From the NCBI GenBank assembly GCA_036741875.1, contig DAINRM010000002.1, positions 27,845 to 83,117 of the forward strand: 55,273 bases of DNA, written 5' to 3'. The notes under the pieces are model-generated. The model had not been told where the DNA came from and ran no database searches. It saw nothing but the letters and a program-made list of their open reading frames with translations. Both the position numbers and the translations under genes were made by a program. This document shows, in pieces, positions 20,055 through 27,788 of this stretch; the first letter of the stretch is position 1; the number at the start of each line of letters is the position of its first letter. This DNA comes from Patescibacteria group bacterium. GTDB lineage: Bacteria > Patescibacteriota > Minisyncoccia > UBA6257 > HR35.

Positions 20055-20579
20055 ATGGATCCTAAAAAAATAAATAACAATTTGGAATCTTTCGAAGAAT
20101 TTTATGTAATCGTTGAAATACCACAAGGTACAAGTGTTAAGTATGAGCTTGATAAAGAAACAGGTTTTTTAAAGGTTGATAGGTTTTTACATACAGCTAT
20201 GGTTTATCCTTTTAACTATGGTTTTATGCCTCATACTTTAGCTGATGATGGTGATCCTGTTGATGTTTTAGTAATTTGTGACCTTCCTGTTTTACCAGGA
20301 TCTCTTATAAAAGTAAAACCAATTGGAGTTTTAATTATGGAAGATGAAGCAGGTTTAGACGAAAAAATTTTAGCTGTTCCCGTTGAAAAAATTGATCCCA
20401 TTGAAGGTACCTATAAAAATATTAACGAAATTCCCGAGGCTATAAAAAATAAAATTAAGCACTTTTTTGAAAATTATAAAAGTTTAGAGCCAGGAAAATG
20501 GGTTAAAGTTAAAGATTGGCTTGATAGAAATGAAGCTATAAAAAGAATTGAAAAAGCATATAAAAATTTTAAAGATTAA
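20055..20579 (+). CDS. ppa: inorganic pyrophosphatase (family I)
   Basis: 174 aa with family I motifs ([27 protein letters not shown]). Confidence 0.94.
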   Translation: MDPKKINNNLESFEEFYVIVEIPQGTSVKYELDKETGFLKVDRFLHTAMVYPFNYGFMPHTLADDGDPVDVLVICDLPVLPGSLIKVKPIGVLIMEDEAGLDEKILAVPVEKIDPIEGTYKNINEIPEAIKNKIKHFFENYKSLEPGKWVKVKDWLDRNEAIKRIEKAYKNFKD

Positions 20580-21394
20580 TGCCTTTTTATGTTATTAAAA
20601 GCGATAAAACTAAAGAAGAATATAAAGAAGATAAGGTAATCTTTGCTCTAAAAAGAGCTAATGTTCCAGAAGAAGATATAGAAAAGATATTAAAAAAAAT
20701 AAAAGAAAATTTACCAAAAGTAGTGACAACTAAGGAGCTTTATAAATTTATTTTTGAAGAATTAAAAAAAGAAAAAAGAAGCACAGCTTATAGATTTAAT
20801 CTTAAAAATTCACTTTATCTTTTAGGACCTAGTGGCTATCCCTTCGAAAAATATGTGGCTCATCTTTTTAAAGAATTTGGATATTTTGCTAAACATAACC
20901 TAATTTTTAAGGGTTTTTGTTTAACTTATGAGATAGATCTTTTACTTGAAAAAGATGACGAAAAATTTTTAGGAGAATGTAAGTTTCACCAAGAAAAAGG
21001 TAAGAAGAATGATATTAAAACAGTACTTTACGCTTATGCCAGACATTTAGATATTTTGAAAATAAATAAAAATTATAAACTTCTTTTGGTTACCAACACT
21101 AAGTTTACTTCAGAGGCTATAGAGTTTGCTAAATGTTATTCTATTAATCTTCTTTCTTGGAATTTTCCTTCAGAAAAAAATTTGCCAAACCTTATAGAAG
21201 AAAAACGCTTTTACCCTTTAACTATTTTTGATTTTCTTTCTAAAAAGACACTTATCAGTCTTTTTAATTATGATATTGTTTCCATTAAAGATTTTTTAAA
21301 TAAAGATGATAACTATCTTAAAAAAATAAGCGGTTTAAATGAGAGGGAAATTAAGAATTTAAAAAGGATTATAGAGGAAATTTTAATGGTATAA
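20579..21394 (+). CDS. ATP-cone domain protein fused to an Mrr-like PD-(D/E)xK restriction-endonuclease domain
   Basis: 271 aa. N-terminal ATP-cone-like region (YVIKSDKTKEEYKEDKV...). Nuclease core GYPFEKYVAHLF...YEIDLLLEKDDEKFLGECK. C-terminal HhH-like ISGLNEREIKNLKRI. TAATG overlap with ppa. Confidence 0.65.
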   Translation: MPFYVIKSDKTKEEYKEDKVIFALKRANVPEEDIEKILKKIKENLPKVVTTKELYKFIFEELKKEKRSTAYRFNLKNSLYLLGPSGYPFEKYVAHLFKEFGYFAKHNLIFKGFCLTYEIDLLLEKDDEKFLGECKFHQEKGKKNDIKTVLYAYARHLDILKINKNYKLLLVTNTKFTSEAIEFAKCYSINLLSWNFPSEKNLPNLIEEKRFYPLTIFDFLSKKTLISLFNYDIVSIKDFLNKDDNYLKKISGLNEREIKNLKRIIEEILMV

Positions 21395-21405
21395 TAAAAA
21401 TGTAT

Positions 21406-21480
21406 GGTGGGCGTAGCTCAATTGGTTAGAGCGGAGGCCTGTGGAGCCTCAGGTTGCCGGTTCGAGCCCGGTCGCCCACC
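21406..21480 (+). tRNA. tRNA-His (anticodon GUG) with encoded G-1
   Basis: Manual cloverleaf: G-1, acceptor GTGGGCG/CGCCCAC, anticodon arm GAGGC-CTGTGGA-GCCTC, T-arm GCCGG-TTCGAGC-CCGGT, discriminator C. CCA is not encoded. Confidence 0.9.
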
Positions 21481-21482
21481 CC

Positions 21483-21511
21483 TTGACTTAAAATAATTGT
21501 AATGCTATAAT
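21483..21511 (+). promoter_or_regulatory. near-consensus sigma70 promoter for the secreted-protein island
   Basis: TTGACT at 21483-21488, exact 17-nt spacer, TATAAT at 21506-21511. It starts 3 nt after the tRNA-His 3' end. Confidence 0.5.
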
Positions 21512-21548
21512 ATAAATAAGTCTTAAATTAAACAATTTAAAATAAAAA

Positions 21549-22319
21549 ATGAAAAAATATTTTATTTTTATAATCCCCCTCTTTTTATTTTTTAATTTAT
21601 ATCAACTTGTTTTTGCAGGATATACACCGCCTTTTGGTGGAGAATATACTAATTTATGTGGATCTGGTACTAATGCAACTTTTTATTCCTGTTCTGCTGA
21701 TTGTAATATAAACGAAGGTAAATGTCGTGCTAGAAGCGGTGAGTGGATTTTTGTTTATACTTGTTCTGGAAGACAAATAGAATGTAGAAGTAATGAAGTT
21801 AAATTAGGTCCTGGAAACACTGCTTACGTTACAAATTATGCTTCTGTAGGTTCTGATAAAACTGTTCAAATAGATATTTTTAACAAAGATTGTCGAGCTG
21901 GAGGAGGTTGGTCTTGTGATAGTTCTAATTTAAAAGGTTATATAGTATGGTGGTCAGGAACTTCGGGTGGCGGCGGAGGTCAAATTCAATGTAATGAAAA
22001 CGAGGTTCAGCTTTCTGTTATTCCTAATCCTTCAAATGTTGGTGATTGGATAACTTTTAAGGTTACCGCAGGAGATGCTTCAACTTGGTGGAGAAATGAA
22101 TTTTCGGGTGGAGTCACAAATTGCACAGAAACTGTTTATGGTTGGGAAACAAAATGTAAGTCTTATACCTCAGGTACTTTTACGTGGACAAGATATTGGA
22201 AAAGATGTATTGGGGATATTAATAATTGTTCTCAAGAGTGCAGAAAATCTGTTAGTTTTACTATTAATAGATTGCTTCCTCCTGTAGTTATTACTTTACC
22301 ACCGGTCATTACTATTTAA
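21549..22319 (+). CDS. secreted Cys-rich protein with a degenerate PKD-like domain and PPVVITLPPVITI C-terminal tail
   Basis: 256 aa with a signal peptide (MKKYFIFIIPLFLFFNLYQLVFA), about 14 Cys and a Gly run. The segment PNPSNVGDWITFKV resembles the PKD domains of downstream paralogs. Confidence 0.8.
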   Translation: MKKYFIFIIPLFLFFNLYQLVFAGYTPPFGGEYTNLCGSGTNATFYSCSADCNINEGKCRARSGEWIFVYTCSGRQIECRSNEVKLGPGNTAYVTNYASVGSDKTVQIDIFNKDCRAGGGWSCDSSNLKGYIVWWSGTSGGGGGQIQCNENEVQLSVIPNPSNVGDWITFKVTAGDASTWWRNEFSGGVTNCTETVYGWETKCKSYTSGTFTWTRYWKRCIGDINNCSQECRKSVSFTINRLLPPVVITLPPVITI

Positions 22320-22335
22320 TCTTACTAGTTTAACC

Positions 22336-23016
22336 ATGAAGAGAGTACATATATTTCTAATAACCCCTCTTTTTTTAACAGGTCTTTTATTAACGCTTCA
22401 TCTTTCTCAAAATAATCAAACATTAGCACAAATTTCTTGTCCTTCTCAAACAACCTATGGTGATACGTGGGCAACTTTAGTTGGTGAAATTCAAGACAAC
22501 GGTGGTGATTCTAATATAACTGCTTGGTTTGAGTGGGGAACATCAAGTTTTTCACTTTCTAATACTACTCCTCAACAGTCGCTTTACGTTCCTAACACGC
22601 CATATAGATTTTGTGATCAGATTACAGGTTTAACGCCTTGTAGAACTTACTATTATAGAGCTGCGGCAAGAAACTCTGCCGGAACATCTAGAGGAACTGT
22701 TTATTCTTTCAGAACTCATTGTGCTCCCCTTCAAGTTTCATGCCATGCTTCACCTAATCCAGCTAATGTAGGTCAAACGGTTGTTTTTACTGCTAATGTT
22801 AGCGGAGGAACAGGAACATATTCTTATGTTTGGTCTGGTGCTTGCAGCGGTTCTTCTTCAACATGTTTTAGATCTTTTTCTTCTCCAGGAACTTATACAG
22901 CTACAGTGACTGTAACTTCAGGAAATCAATTTCAATCTGCTTCTTGCTCAGTGACCGTTAACCAACTAATACATCCACCAGTAGTTATTACTTTACCGCC
23001 AGTCACCACTTTATAA
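22336..23016 (+). CDS. secreted Fn3-like + PKD-domain protein with PPVVITLPPVTTL C-terminal tail
   Basis: 226 aa with a signal peptide. Fn3-like module (ATLVGEIQDNGGDSNITAWFEWGTSS...YYYRAAARNSAGTSRG) and PKD-like module (SPNPANVGQTVVFTANVSGGTGTYSYVW). Paralog of 23511-24914. Confidence 0.85.
   Translation: MKRVHIFLITPLFLTGLLLTLHLSQNNQTLAQISCPSQTTYGDTWATLVGEIQDNGGDSNITAWFEWGTSSFSLSNTTPQQSLYVPNTPYRFCDQITGLTPCRTYYYRAAARNSAGTSRGTVYSFRTHCAPLQVSCHASPNPANVGQTVVFTANVSGGTGTYSYVWSGACSGSSSTCFRSFSSPGTYTATVTVTSGNQFQSASCSVTVNQLIHPPVVITLPPVTTL
22456..22541 (+). repeat. near-identical paralog block 1, copy A (partner 23610-23695)
   Basis: About 86 nt with 4 mismatches by eye against copy B. Flanking sequence is much more diverged. 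Confidence 0.8.
22792..22898 (+). repeat. near-identical paralog block 2, copy A (partner 23946-24052)
   Basis: About 107 nt with about 5 mismatches by eye against copy B. Confidence 0.8.
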
Positions 23017-23029
23017 AAATTAATTGAGA

Positions 23030-23443
23030 ATGAAAAAAATTTTAACATTTTTTACTTTAACCATATTTGTTTTTTCAAGATTTGTTTTTGCTGAAACATG
23101 TCCGCCCAAAACAACAGCTGGTAGAAATTATATTGATTTTGTAGGTAAGTTAGAAGGTCTTGGAGGAGATGAAAAAGTTATTGTTTGGTTTGAATATGGA
23201 CTAAAAAAAGAAAATTTAAATAAAAAGACAAGAGAATTAGAAGTTAGAGAGCCTAAAATCTTTTGTTTAAGAGAAAAAAATCTTAAACCTTGTAGGGTTT
23301 ATTATTACCGTGCTGCCGCAAAAAATTCTGCTGGTACAAATTACGGTGAAATCAAAAGCATAAAAACCTTATGTGGAAAATCTTTAGAAAATAAAACTAA
23401 TCAAAATAAAATAGAAAAAATAATTAAATGGATAATTTTTTAA
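23030..23443 (+). CDS. secreted single Fn3-like module protein (divergent paralog)
   Basis: Start moved to ATG 23030 (MKKILTFFTLTIFVFSRFVFA signal peptide). Shares the family core VWFEYG...CRVYYYRAAAKNSAGTNYG. Confidence 0.75.
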   Translation: MKKILTFFTLTIFVFSRFVFAETCPPKTTAGRNYIDFVGKLEGLGGDEKVIVWFEYGLKKENLNKKTRELEVREPKIFCLREKNLKPCRVYYYRAAAKNSAGTNYGEIKSIKTLCGKSLENKTNQNKIEKIIKWIIF

Positions 23444-23446
23444 CTA

Positions 23447-23475
23447 TTGACATTTTTAAATTTTTATTTTATAAT
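23447..23475 (+). promoter_or_regulatory. consensus sigma70 promoter for the 23511 gene
   Basis: TTGACA at 23447-23452, exact 17-nt spacer, TATAAT at 23470-23475. Confidence 0.5.
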
Positions 23476-23510
23476 TAAAATATAATTAAATTAAATTGCG
23501 TAATTCAAAA

Positions 23511-24914
23511 ATGGTTTTCAAAAAAAAATTAATAGTAACAATTCTATTTTTAGTTTTGTTTTTCTTTGGATATGAAGTTTTTGCTCAATCTTGTCCAGCT
23601 AATACCCAATATGGTGATACATGGGCAACTTTAGTTGGTGAAATTCAAAACAACGGTGGTGATCCTAATATAACTTCTTGGTTTGAGTGGGGAACTTCTT
23701 CAAGTTTAGGAAACCAAACATCACCACAAAATCTTTACGTTGCTTCAGTTCCTTACAGATTTTGTGCTCAAATTTCAGGTCTTCAACCATGTCAAACATA
23801 TTATTACCGAGCTGTTTCAAGAAATTCTGCTGGAACAAATTATGGACAAACTTATTCTTTTAGAACTCAATGTGGAGCTCAACTTTACGTTTCTTGTTAT
23901 GCTTCACCTAACCCAGCTAACTTAAATCAAACAGTAACTTTTTACGCTAATGTTAGCGGAGGAACAGGAACATATTCCTATTCTTGGTCTGGTGCTTGCA
24001 GCGGTTTTTCTTCAACATGTTCTATATCTTTTTCTTCTCCAGGAACTTATACTGTTAACTTAACAGTAACATCTGGAAATCAGACACAATCTGCTTCTTG
24101 TTCGGTTAATGTTTCTTCTGGACAATCATTTCCTATTACTACAAATCAACCCCCAGTTCCTGTAATTGCTTTTGCACCTGATACGATTCTTCCAGGAACA
24201 ATTGTTACTTTTGATGCTTCTAATTCTTATGATCCTGATGGCTATATTGTGTTTTATGAATGGAGAGTTAATAATGTAATCGCTTCTACAAATAAAACCT
24301 TTTCTCGAGCTTTAGCTTCAGGAACGTATAGAATAAAACTTACTGTTACCGACAATCAAGGAGCTTCAGCATCTAAAGAAATTCTTATAAATGTTGGTAG
24401 AAACGTTTTTGTAACAAGAACAAGAGTTGTTACTCAAAATGTACCCGTATTAACTTCTCAAGTTAGATTAGTTGACATTCTTTTAGACTCTTCTTATCTT
24501 GTTTATGCTTGCGAAAAAAATGAAATTCAAGTTACTTTAGTTAATAATACTTCTGTCAATAGAAAGGTTACTTTGATTGCTTATGGTGATACTGAAAACT
24601 GGTTTAAACCTAATCCTAAGGTGCTAATATTAAAACCTCGTTCTACAACTTTAGTTAAATGGGAAGTAAATCCTAACTGTGATGTAAGAGAAGGAATTTA
24701 CACTTTTAAGATAAATCTTACTACTCCAGGAGGTAATTATGATAATGAGGGAATTTTAGAAGTGAAAACAAGAAATAATTTCTTTTCACCTCTTTTAGGT
24801 TTTATAGGAGGTTTATTACAGAATTTTTGGCTTTTACTCCTTCTTCTTTTAATTCTTCTTATAAATATTTATATGTGGTATAGATTTTTAAAGAGAAAGG
24901 AAGAAACTAAATAA
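23511..24914 (+). CDS. surface-anchored multidomain protein: signal peptide, Fn3-like, two PKD, CARDB-like domain, C-terminal TM anchor
   Basis: Start taken at ATG 23511 (MVFKKKLIVTILFLVLFFFGYEVFA). The second PKD domain has the canonical motif FDASNSYDPDGYIVFYEW. The C-terminus is LLQNFWLLLLLLLILLINIYMWY followed by RFLKRKEETK. Confidence 0.85.
   Translation: MVFKKKLIVTILFLVLFFFGYEVFAQSCPANTQYGDTWATLVGEIQNNGGDPNITSWFEWGTSSSLGNQTSPQNLYVASVPYRFCAQISGLQPCQTYYYRAVSRNSAGTNYGQTYSFRTQCGAQLYVSCYASPNPANLNQTVTFYANVSGGTGTYSYSWSGACSGFSSTCSISFSSPGTYTVNLTVTSGNQTQSASCSVNVSSGQSFPITTNQPPVPVIAFAPDTILPGTIVTFDASNSYDPDGYIVFYEWRVNNVIASTNKTFSRALASGTYRIKLTVTDNQGASASKEILINVGRNVFVTRTRVVTQNVPVLTSQVRLVDILLDSSYLVYACEKNEIQVTLVNNTSVNRKVTLIAYGDTENWFKPNPKVLILKPRSTTLVKWEVNPNCDVREGIYTFKINLTTPGGNYDNEGILEVKTRNNFFSPLLGFIGGLLQNFWLLLLLLLILLINIYMWYRFLKRKEETK
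23610..23695 (+). repeat. near-identical paralog block 1, copy B (partner 22456-22541)
   Basis: See copy A. Confidence 0.8.
23946..24052 (+). repeat. near-identical paralog block 2, copy B (partner 22792-22898)
   Basis: See copy A. Confidence 0.8.
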
Positions 24915-24919
24915 AAAAT

Positions 24920-26128
24920 TCATTCTTCAAGCATTTTCCAAAGTTTCTTAGGTTTTATAAGAGGAAATCTTAGAGATTCTAATTCACTTATTTCTTTGGG
25001 TTCATTTTCAGCTCCTTTGCTTTTTATCAAAATCAAGGGAAGAGGACCCCAAAGATGTTTTCCTGTTTTTGTGTCAGTTATATGGTCACCTGTAATAACA
25101 TAGACGGGGTCCTCTTTCTTTTTTATTTCTAAAAATAATTTTTTAAACCAATTATCAAAAAATTCAAAAAATTCTTTTTTCTTTTGAAAATTTTTATCAT
25201 GACTAGCCTCATCAGCTTCTTTTAAGTGTATATAAAGAAGATCGTAATTTTTTAAATTTTCTAAAATTTTTTCAAAATAAAAAATATATCTTTTTTTAAT
25301 ATCCTCTATTTCAGGTAAAGTTAAAGCATTAAAACCTGCCAATTTACATCCTCCTTTTAGAGCACCGTTTTCAGCTATCACCAAGCCATTTTTTATTTTA
25401 TTTATTTTAAAGAAATTTTTAAGTTTTGGAAATTTATTTCCCGCTTCTCTTGTTAAAAGAAAATTTGCTGGAAGAAAACCCCTTTTTATTCTTTTCTTAT
25501 TAACATCGCTTTTCTTTAAAATTTCATGCGTTAAAAGTAAAAATTTCCATAAAATTTCTGCTGTGTAGATAGATTTTTTATCTTTAGAAAGAGGTATTAT
25601 TTTTTTTACTTTTTTATTTTTTTCGTAAGGATCAGAATCTGAAATTTTTTCTGAAAGATTTTCTTTGAAAACTAAAACTCCTCGATGACCATAAGTGTGA
25701 TAGAATTTAAATGGTACTTCAAATTTTAGATTATTGATTTCTTTGCTTAATTTATCTAAACCGTAAAAGTTTCTTCCTGCTCTTCTGTCCAAAACAATTA
25801 AATTTTCATTAACAGAAGCAAAATCGACTCTTAAAGCTAACTCTCCTTCTTTATAATCTACATCGCTTCCTAAAGCTTCGAAAGGGCCTCTTTTAAATTC
25901 TTTTGGTTTTACTTTATATCCCAAAATACCTAAATTGGCTAATCCTGTAACACTTCTTTGGCCTAATTTAGGCCAATAATTTTTTTCTAATGGTAAAAAT
26001 CTAAAAAGAGATAAAATTTTTTCTTTTAATAATTTTTCTAAAAATTCTTTTTTGGCTAATCTAAGAGGAGTAAATTTTTGTGGCTTATCAGAAAATCCAT
26101 CAATTATAAAAAATAAAATCCTTGCCAT
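24920..26128 (-). CDS. apgM: cofactor-independent phosphoglycerate mutase, archaeal type (alkaline-phosphatase superfamily)
   Basis: 402 aa with an N-terminal metal-site motif ILFFIIDGFSD, HLKEADEASHD and VITGDHITD, typical of the ApgM family. Confidence 0.78.
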   Translation of the reverse strand: MARILFFIIDGFSDKPQKFTPLRLAKKEFLEKLLKEKILSLFRFLPLEKNYWPKLGQRSVTGLANLGILGYKVKPKEFKRGPFEALGSDVDYKEGELALRVDFASVNENLIVLDRRAGRNFYGLDKLSKEINNLKFEVPFKFYHTYGHRGVLVFKENLSEKISDSDPYEKNKKVKKIIPLSKDKKSIYTAEILWKFLLLTHEILKKSDVNKKRIKRGFLPANFLLTREAGNKFPKLKNFFKINKIKNGLVIAENGALKGGCKLAGFNALTLPEIEDIKKRYIFYFEKILENLKNYDLLYIHLKEADEASHDKNFQKKKEFFEFFDNWFKKLFLEIKKKEDPVYVITGDHITDTKTGKHLWGPLPLILIKSKGAENEPKEISELESLRFPLIKPKKLWKMLEE

Positions 26129-26142
26129 TTTATTTTATTTTA

Positions 26143-26151
26143 TGGTATAAT
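26143..26151 (+). promoter_or_regulatory. extended -10 (TGgTATAAT) upstream of rpmJ / the alpha operon
   Basis: TG at 26143-26144, TATAAT at 26146-26151. rpmJ ATG at 26196. Confidence 0.35.
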
Positions 26152-26195
26152 TTTAAATATTCTCTTCCTTGCCATTTTTATTTTATGTTTAAAAA

Positions 26196-26309
26196 ATGAA
26201 GGTTAAACCATCAATCAAAAAAAGGTGTCGTAAATGTAAAATTGTTAAAAGAGGGGTTTACCGTTATGTTATTTGTGAAAACCCCAAACACAAACAAAGA
26301 CAAGGATAA
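26196..26309 (+). CDS. rpmJ: 50S ribosomal protein L36
   Basis: 37-aa ORF absent from the track (below the length cutoff): [37 protein letters not shown]. The stop abuts the rpsM ATG. Confidence 0.92.
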   Translation: MKVKPSIKKRCRKCKIVKRGVYRYVICENPKHKQRQG

Positions 26310-26702
26310 ATGACCAGAATAGTAGGAGTAGATCTTCCAGATAATAAAAGAATTATTTTTGCTCTTCCTCGAATTTACGGAATAGGTTTTTCTTTGGCTA
26401 AAAAAATTTGTTTAGAGACCAAAATTGATCCTATGAAAAGAGTTGGTGAACTTACACCTGAAGAAATTAATAGAATTGAAAAGTATATAGAAAAAAATTT
26501 TAAAGTTGAAGGAGATTTAAGAAGAGAAGTTCAGGCCAACATTAAAAGACTTATTGATATTAACTGTTATAGAGGTATTCGACATGTTAAGAAACTTCCT
26601 GTAAGAGGTCAAAGGACAAGATCAAATGCCAGAACAAGAAAAGGTCCTCGTAAGACAGTAGCTACCGGTGCTCGAAGAAAAGCCGGTGCTGGTAAGAGAT
26701 AA
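26310..26702 (+). CDS. rpsM: 30S ribosomal protein S13
   Basis: 130 aa. [14 protein letters not shown] and [24 protein letters not shown]. Confidence 0.95.
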   Translation: MTRIVGVDLPDNKRIIFALPRIYGIGFSLAKKICLETKIDPMKRVGELTPEEINRIEKYIEKNFKVEGDLRREVQANIKRLIDINCYRGIRHVKKLPVRGQRTRSNARTRKGPRKTVATGARRKAGAGKR

Positions 26703-26703
26703 A

Positions 26704-27147
26704 ATGGGTAAAACCAGAACAAAACAGATTACTGGAGAAGAAGAAATTAAAAAAGAAGAAACCTCTGGAGTTTTTAAAGCCAAGAAAAAGAAAAAACTTT
26801 ATCTTAAAAGTGCGAGAATTTATATTAATTCCCATTTTAATAATACCATTATTACCTTAACTGATGATAATGGAAATGTAATTACTTGGTCTTCTGCTGG
26901 TTATGCTGGTCTTAAAAATACTAAGAAAGGAACACCCTTTGGTGGACAAAAAGCTATGGAAGTTCTTTTAGATAAAATAAAAGATTTTAATATTGATGAA
27001 ATTAAAGTTTTTGTTAAAGGTGTAGGTCCCGGAAGAGAATCCGCTTTAAGAGTTCTTTTTAGCAAAGATTTAAATATTACTTATATTGCTGATATTACAC
27101 CTGTTCCTTTTGGAGGGCCGACAAAACCAAAACCAAGAAGAGTTTAA
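26704..27147 (+). CDS. rpsK: 30S ribosomal protein S11
   Basis: Start moved to ATG 26704, because the track start overlaps rpsM. HFNNTIITLTDDNGNVITWSSAG and DITPVPFGG. Confidence 0.92.
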   Translation: MGKTRTKQITGEEEIKKEETSGVFKAKKKKKLYLKSARIYINSHFNNTIITLTDDNGNVITWSSAGYAGLKNTKKGTPFGGQKAMEVLLDKIKDFNIDEIKVFVKGVGPGRESALRVLFSKDLNITYIADITPVPFGGPTKPKPRRV

Positions 27148-27151
27148 AGAA

Positions 27152-27772
27152 ATGAGATTAGGACCAAAGTGTAAATATTGTAGAAGATTTGGAGTTAAAT
27201 TGGGTTTGAATGAAAGATGCTTATCTCATAAATGTGCTTTGGTAAGAAAAAGAACAAGACCAGGAATGCACGGAAGAAAACCAAAAGCTCTTTCTCTTTA
27301 CGGAAGACAACTTATGGAAAAACAAAGGCTTAAATTTTTCTACTTAGCTAACGAAAATCAAATGAAAAGATATGTAGAAATGGCTAAAAAACAAAAAAAA
27401 TCAGCCCCTGAAGCGCTTTTAGAAATTTTAGAAAGAAGATTAGATAATGTTATCTGGAGATTGGGTTATACATCTCATAAACTTCAAGCTCGTCAGCTTG
27501 TTTCTCACGGACATTTTTTGGTTAATGGCAAAAGACTTAAAGTACCGTCTTATCTAGTTAATCCTGGAGATATTATTGAGATTAGACCACAAAGCAGAGA
27601 CATCGAACCATTTAAAGATTTAGGAGAAAGACTCAAAAACTATACTCCCCCCTCTTGGCTAGAAATTGACAAAAATACTTTTAAAGCTAAAGTTTTACGC
27701 TTACCTCAATATGAAGAAATTCAACATAATTTTAATTTAAATATGGTCATTGACTTTTATAGTCGTCAGTAA
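27152..27772 (+). CDS. rpsD: 30S ribosomal protein S4
   Basis: Start moved to ATG 27152 (MRLGPKCKYCRRFG). S4 domain ARQLVSHGHFLVNGKRLKVPSY. Confidence 0.92.
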   Translation: MRLGPKCKYCRRFGVKLGLNERCLSHKCALVRKRTRPGMHGRKPKALSLYGRQLMEKQRLKFFYLANENQMKRYVEMAKKQKKSAPEALLEILERRLDNVIWRLGYTSHKLQARQLVSHGHFLVNGKRLKVPSYLVNPGDIIEIRPQSRDIEPFKDLGERLKNYTPPSWLEIDKNTFKAKVLRLPQYEEIQHNFNLNMVIDFYSRQ

Positions 27773-27788
27773 TTTATAAAATTAAAAA

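Noticed and set aside
22272-23013. Reading LPPVTT/LPPVIT in the C-terminal tails as a sortase LPXTG signal.
   Set aside because: The motif does not fit L-P-x-T-G, and there is no following hydrophobic segment or basic tail because the protein ends immediately. No sortase is nearby.
22456-24052. Diversity-generating retroelement (template/variable repeat pair) explaining the near-identical blocks in the surface-protein paralogs.
   Set aside because: Mismatches between the copies are not confined to adenine positions of one copy, since transitions and transversions occur at all bases. No reverse transcriptase gene is present in the window.
26119-26187. Direct repeat of TCCTTGCCATTTT (26119-26131 and 26166-26178). 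It duplicates the apgM start region and creates a minus-strand mini-ORF MARKRIFKIIP (26175-26140) upstream of apgM (MARILFF...).
   Set aside because: Only 13 nt are exact and the remainder is low-complexity AT sequence. There is no evidence for a leader-peptide function, and the region also has to house the rpmJ promoter on the other strand.
26668-27151. Long N-terminal extensions of the S11 (26668) and S4 (27086) ORFs in the track.
   Set aside because: The extensions run through the preceding ribosomal protein genes in another frame. Internal ATGs at 26704 and 27152 give canonical N-termini directly after the upstream stop codons.
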